Shown here one piece after another: positions 60,670 to 64,000 of a stretch of DNA of 64,000 bases (position 1 is its first letter; each line of letters begins with the position of its first letter). The position numbers and the translations under genes were made by a program. The notes under the pieces are model-generated. The model was not told the origin of the DNA, did not search any database, and saw nothing but the letters and a program-made list of their open reading frames with translations. The stretch covers positions 10,812-74,811 of the forward strand of contig JAJYJO010000003.1 of NCBI GenBank assembly GCA_021789435.1, written 5' to 3'. The DNA is from Chloroflexota bacterium (lineage in GTDB: Bacteria; Chloroflexota; Limnocylindria; Limnocylindrales; CSP1-4).

Positions 60670-61509
60670 TCAGCGAGTGAGCGCCGTCGCCAGCACGATC
60701 TCCCGGCCGGCCATCCGCGCCTCGACGGACGAGAGGCGTCCGCCGAGCGCCACGGCCAGGTCGCCGGCCGCGGCCGCCACGTCGATCACGACCAGCCGGC
60801 CGCCGGGAGCCAGCCAGGAGAGCGCCCGCTCCAGGGCCGCCGGGCGTTCGGTCGGCCCGAGGGAGCCGAGGACGAACGGCAGCACGACGGCATCGGCGGC
60901 CCCCTCCGCCTCGTCGAGCAGCCGGCGGGGGTGGAGGTGTGCCCGGAGGCGGTGCGCCACCAGGCGGGCCCGGGCCGCCTCCAGCATCCCGGGTCGCTCG
61001 TCGATCGCGGTCAGCTCGCCCCGGGTGGCGAGCAAAACGGACCAGAAGCCGATGCCGGCCCGCAGCTCGACGATCCGGCCGGCGAGCGGGAGGCGGTCGA
61101 GCCAGTCGACCGCGGCGTCCAGCTCGGCCGCCCAGGCGGCGTCCGGCACCGGGCCCGCGGCGAACCGCCCGCGCCGCAGGTACCAGTCCTCGAGCGCGGC
61201 CGGTTCTTCCGGCGGCGGCGCCGCTGCGGCGAGCAGCCCGCCCGGCGGCGAACCGGCGGCCCTCTCCTCCCCGGCGTCGTCCGGCCGGCGAGCCGCCCGC
61301 CGACCCGGCTGGCGCGCCTGCGCCCGTTCCTCCAGGGCCCGCCGGAGGCGGAAGCGGAGGAAGGCGTTCTCGCCGGCCCGCCCCAGGCAGTCCGGGCAGA
61401 GCCGCGCCCAGGCCTCCAGGTCGTCCGGAGTCCCCGGCTGCCAGGGCCGACCGCACCAGAGGCAGTCGAACCGACCGGCCCGCCCCGGCCCGGGCGACCG
61501 GTCGCTCAC
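60670..61509 (-). CDS. Class I SAM-methyltransferase-like protein with N-terminal Cys4 zinc ribbon
   Basis: CLWC..16..CPDC; VELRAGIGFW, TAID..P.ML, LAPGGRLVVID; GTG overlaps the upstream stop. Confidence 0.7.
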   Translation of the reverse strand: MSDRSPGPGRAGRFDCLWCGRPWQPGTPDDLEAWARLCPDCLGRAGENAFLRFRLRRALEERAQARQPGRRAARRPDDAGEERAAGSPPGGLLAAAAPPPEEPAALEDWYLRRGRFAAGPVPDAAWAAELDAAVDWLDRLPLAGRIVELRAGIGFWSVLLATRGELTAIDERPGMLEAARARLVAHRLRAHLHPRRLLDEAEGAADAVVLPFVLGSLGPTERPAALERALSWLAPGGRLVVIDVAAAAGDLAVALGGRLSSVEARMAGREIVLATALTR

Positions 61510-62393
61510 GGCGCGGGCGCGAGTCGCGCCCAGGCATCTGGCGGGGCGGCCCCGGCGAACGCGGCTGGATCGAGGAGCTCGGCGAGCACCGCGACGCCGT
61601 CCACGAGCCTGGGCCCGACCCGGTCGAGGTAGGCGGCGTCCACCGCAAAGACCTCGCCCTGCCGGACGGCCGTCAGCTCGCCCCACCAGGCGGGCCGCGG
61701 CGTCGCCCGCCACGCCCTGAGCGCAGCCGGCAGGTGCATCCCGGCCGGGGCAACGATGACCACGTCCGGGTCGAGGTCGCGCAGGGCGGCCCAGTCGGCC
61801 GGGGCAGCCGTCTCTCCCTCACGACCGAGCAGCTCCCAGCCGCCAGCCAGGCGGACCAGCTCGGGAACCCATTCGCCGGCTGCGTGGAGCGGCTCGAGCC
61901 AGCGCACGACCGCGGTCCGTCGCGCCGGCCGACCTTCCTCCCGGCGGGCACGGGCCCGGTCCTCCAGGGCGAGGAGCCTTTCGCGCAGCAGCTCGACCAG
62001 GCCGACGGCCTCGTCCTCGGCCTCGGCCATGGCGCCCACCGTGGTGACGGCGTTGAAAAGGCCCTCCATGGTGACGGGCTCCAGGGCCACGATCGCAGCA
62101 CCGGGCAAGAGTTCCGCCAGGTGCTGCCGGGCGGCTGCCGGCCGGCCCGCCGGGCAGCCCTCCCCGAGCAGGACCAGGTCGGGATCCGCCGCCCGGAGCG
62201 CCGCCTCCTGGACGCGGCAGGCCAGGGCGGCGCCAGGGCTCCCCGGCGCCGGGGTGAGAGGGGTCGTCAGCGCCGGCAGGTCGCGGACCGACGGCGGCCA
62301 GTCGCTGTCGTGGCCGACGGCAACAAGCTCATCCTCGAGACCCAGGGCGCAGACGATCTCGGTCGCACCGGCCGGCAGCGACGCGATCCGCAC
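61506..62393 (-). CDS. BtuF-like (class III helical backbone) substrate-binding protein, no signal peptide
   Basis: RIASLPAGATEIVCALG, AG.WVPELV.LAGG, AVRQGEVFAVD, R.GPRLVDG. Confidence 0.8.
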   Translation of the reverse strand: MRIASLPAGATEIVCALGLEDELVAVGHDSDWPPSVRDLPALTTPLTPAPGSPGAALACRVQEAALRAADPDLVLLGEGCPAGRPAAARQHLAELLPGAAIVALEPVTMEGLFNAVTTVGAMAEAEDEAVGLVELLRERLLALEDRARARREEGRPARRTAVVRWLEPLHAAGEWVPELVRLAGGWELLGREGETAAPADWAALRDLDPDVVIVAPAGMHLPAALRAWRATPRPAWWGELTAVRQGEVFAVDAAYLDRVGPRLVDGVAVLAELLDPAAFAGAAPPDAWARLAPAP

Positions 62394-62535
62394 GGGAGGA
62401 CCTCTGGCAGGGCGGCCGGTCAGCCCGCGCCGGGCCGACGGATGGCCGGAGCGTCGACGGGTCGGGCCGCCGCTCCCGGGACCGGTCGGCTGCCGACGCT
62501 CGGCGCCCGGCCGGGCGACCGTCGGCGCCGCGCCG

Positions 62536-62823
<288 letters not shown>

Positions 62824-62959
62824 TCGAATTCTTCTCCTGGGATCGCTTCGGGATCACCGATTCCCGGTCGCCCGAGGGCGCCGCCGACCCGCGACGGCTG
62901 AGGGTCTGCGCCGAGAGGGTACCACTCCCGCCGATCCGAGGAACCGCCCCCGGAAGCGT

Positions 62960-62994
62960 GCACGGCCGGCCCGCGAACCGGCGGCCGGCCGTGC
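62960..62994. terminator. 12-bp-stem hairpin downstream of a small ORF
   Basis: GCACGGCCGGCC-11nt-GGCCGGCCGTGC. Confidence 0.45.
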
Positions 62995-62996
62995 GA

Positions 62997-63233
62997 TCAG
63001 CAGCGAATGCCCGCCGCCTCGGGCCGGGGCGCGCGGGCCGCCCCGAGGTGCCAGCGCGTGCCGTCCGGAGTGAAGGCCGCGGTCCCCGGACCTCCGGAAC
63101 CGGCGATCACGGCTGCCCCTCCCGGCCCGGCCGCCGCGTCAGCCGCCGTGGCGGAACCCGGCCACCCGGCGGAGCCCGCCAGGGCGATAGCCGCGACCGC
63201 CGCCAACACCACGATCCGTTGCCGTGCAGCCAT
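62997..63233 (-). CDS. Small putatively secreted protein (possibly truncated)
   Basis: GGAGG upstream; signal-peptide-like MAARQRIVVLAAVAAIALAG... Confidence 0.4.
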   Translation of the reverse strand: MAARQRIVVLAAVAAIALAGSAGWPGSATAADAAAGPGGAAVIAGSGGPGTAAFTPDGTRWHLGAARAPRPEAAGIRC

Positions 63234-63351
63234 CCTCCGACCTCCCTGCGCCGGCCGGCGGGCCGGCCTCGGTCGGCCGGGCCCCGGGCGACCCCGCGAG
63301 TCTGACCCGGGGCGCTTAGCTGCGACGTATCGGGCGCCGGACGCCCGTGGG

Positions 63352-63525
63352 CTACATGTGCGGGACGTAGTCGGGAGCCAAGTACTTCTCGGGGTCCTCC
63401 TCGAACTCGAGCTTGCAGCCCTTGCCGCAGAAGTAGTAGGTCCTGCCGCGGTACTCGCTCGTCCAGCGGGCACCCTCCACCTCGACCTCCATGCCGCAGA
63501 CCGGGTCTTTCTCGATGCGCGCCAT
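63352..63525 (-). CDS. YHS/TRASH-domain small protein (putative metal chaperone)
   Basis: Manual translation, 57 aa: MARIEKDPVCGMEV...YRGRTYYFCGKGCKLEFEEDPEKYL; below the ORF-track cutoff; AGGAG upstream. Confidence 0.9.
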   Translation of the reverse strand: MARIEKDPVCGMEVEVEGARWTSEYRGRTYYFCGKGCKLEFEEDPEKYLAPDYVPHM

Positions 63526-63585
63526 CGTCCGTCTCTCCTGTCGCTGCGACGCCGCGGCGAGAAGCCTCGCCGCCCGGCACGTCGA

Positions 63586-63603
63586 ATACTCCCGGCAAGT
63601 ATA
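63586..63603. promoter_or_regulatory. Second CsoR/RcnR-type operator overlapping the -10 of the YHS gene
   Basis: ATACT-CCCGGCA-AGTAT(A), same arms and spacing as 26301-26318. Confidence 0.65.
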
Positions 63604-63679
63604 CGGAAGCTCGCCGGAGCGACGGATTACCGGGCCATTGGCCCCTTCACACCGTCCCGGGCGGGCGTAGCATCAGCAC

Positions 63680-64000
63680 ATGGACGAGCGCCTGCGCTCC
63701 GTCGCGCACCGGACGCTCCTGGCGGAGCGCGCGCGGCTGGTCGACGAGCTGAGCGAGGAGATCGAGTCGCCCGGTCAGATGACCTACGGCTCGCAGGCCG
63801 CCGCGGCCGCCCAGGTCTTCGAGCAGCAGCGGGGCCTCGCCCTGCGGGAGCACGCGGAACAGCACCTGGCCCTGGTGGAGGCTGCCCTGCACCGGCTCGA
63901 CGACGGCACCTTCGGGATCTGCCGGCGCTGCGGCGGCCCGATCGCCGATGAGCGCCTCGAGGCCCTGCCCTGGGCGGCCGACTGCATCGACTGCCAGCGC
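63680..64000 (+). CDS. TraR/DksA C4-type zinc finger protein (3' end runs off the window)
   Basis: Manual translation: ...AALHRLDDGTFGICRRCGGPIADERLEALPWAADCIDC. Confidence 0.88.
   Translation, partial: MDERLRSVAHRTLLAERARLVDELSEEIESPGQMTYGSQAAAAAQVFEQQRGLALREHAEQHLALVEAALHRLDDGTFGICRRCGGPIADERLEALPWAADCIDCQR

Noticed and set aside
62960-62999. Cys-TGA followed at once by a strong hairpin, resembling a selenocysteine codon with SECIS
   Set aside because: The read-through frame looks non-coding, the ORF is not a known selenoprotein type, and hdrA/mvhD/mvhA all use Cys. More simply a terminator-like hairpin.

Overview
A very GC-rich bacterial chromosomal segment with no rRNA, tRNA, CRISPR array or mobile-element genes that I could recognise. 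Gene content and many leaderless-type starts suggest a high-GC Chloroflexota or similar Terrabacteria organism (inference). In order: truncated wHTH regulator; leuC-leuD-marP, aspC/tyrB-type aminotransferase, ilvD, M20 peptidase; a complete hdrCBA-mvhDGA (group 3c [NiFe]-hydrogenase) operon with maturation protease and a cysteine-free mini-HypA; MarR with fabD-fabF-fabF and a thioesterase; CopA with a fused C-terminal cupredoxin-like domain; an ECF sigma/Ogt pair; a four-subunit 2-oxoacid:ferredoxin oxidoreductase operon; a ~16 kb catabolic island (34.0-50.1 kb) combining LsrK/LsrF/LsrE/LsrR-like genes with an amino-acid permease, a fold-III PLP enzyme, a cyclase-family hydrolase, three SDRs, a VOC protein, AraD and a frameshifted cupin isomerase; hppD-fahA-hmgA; proline dehydrogenase, proC, ferredoxin, a YHS protein and a DksA-like gene. 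Best candidates for new biology: (1) the Lsr-like island, which lacks lsrACDB and lsrG and whose two convergent operons share a 35-bp element (30/35 identical, inverted, ~7 kb apart); (2) a CsoR/RcnR-type box (ATACT-CCC-N4-AGTATA) shared by copA and the YHS gene ~37 kb away; (3) the zinc-finger-less HypA. All calls come from reading motifs by eye; no database search was run.
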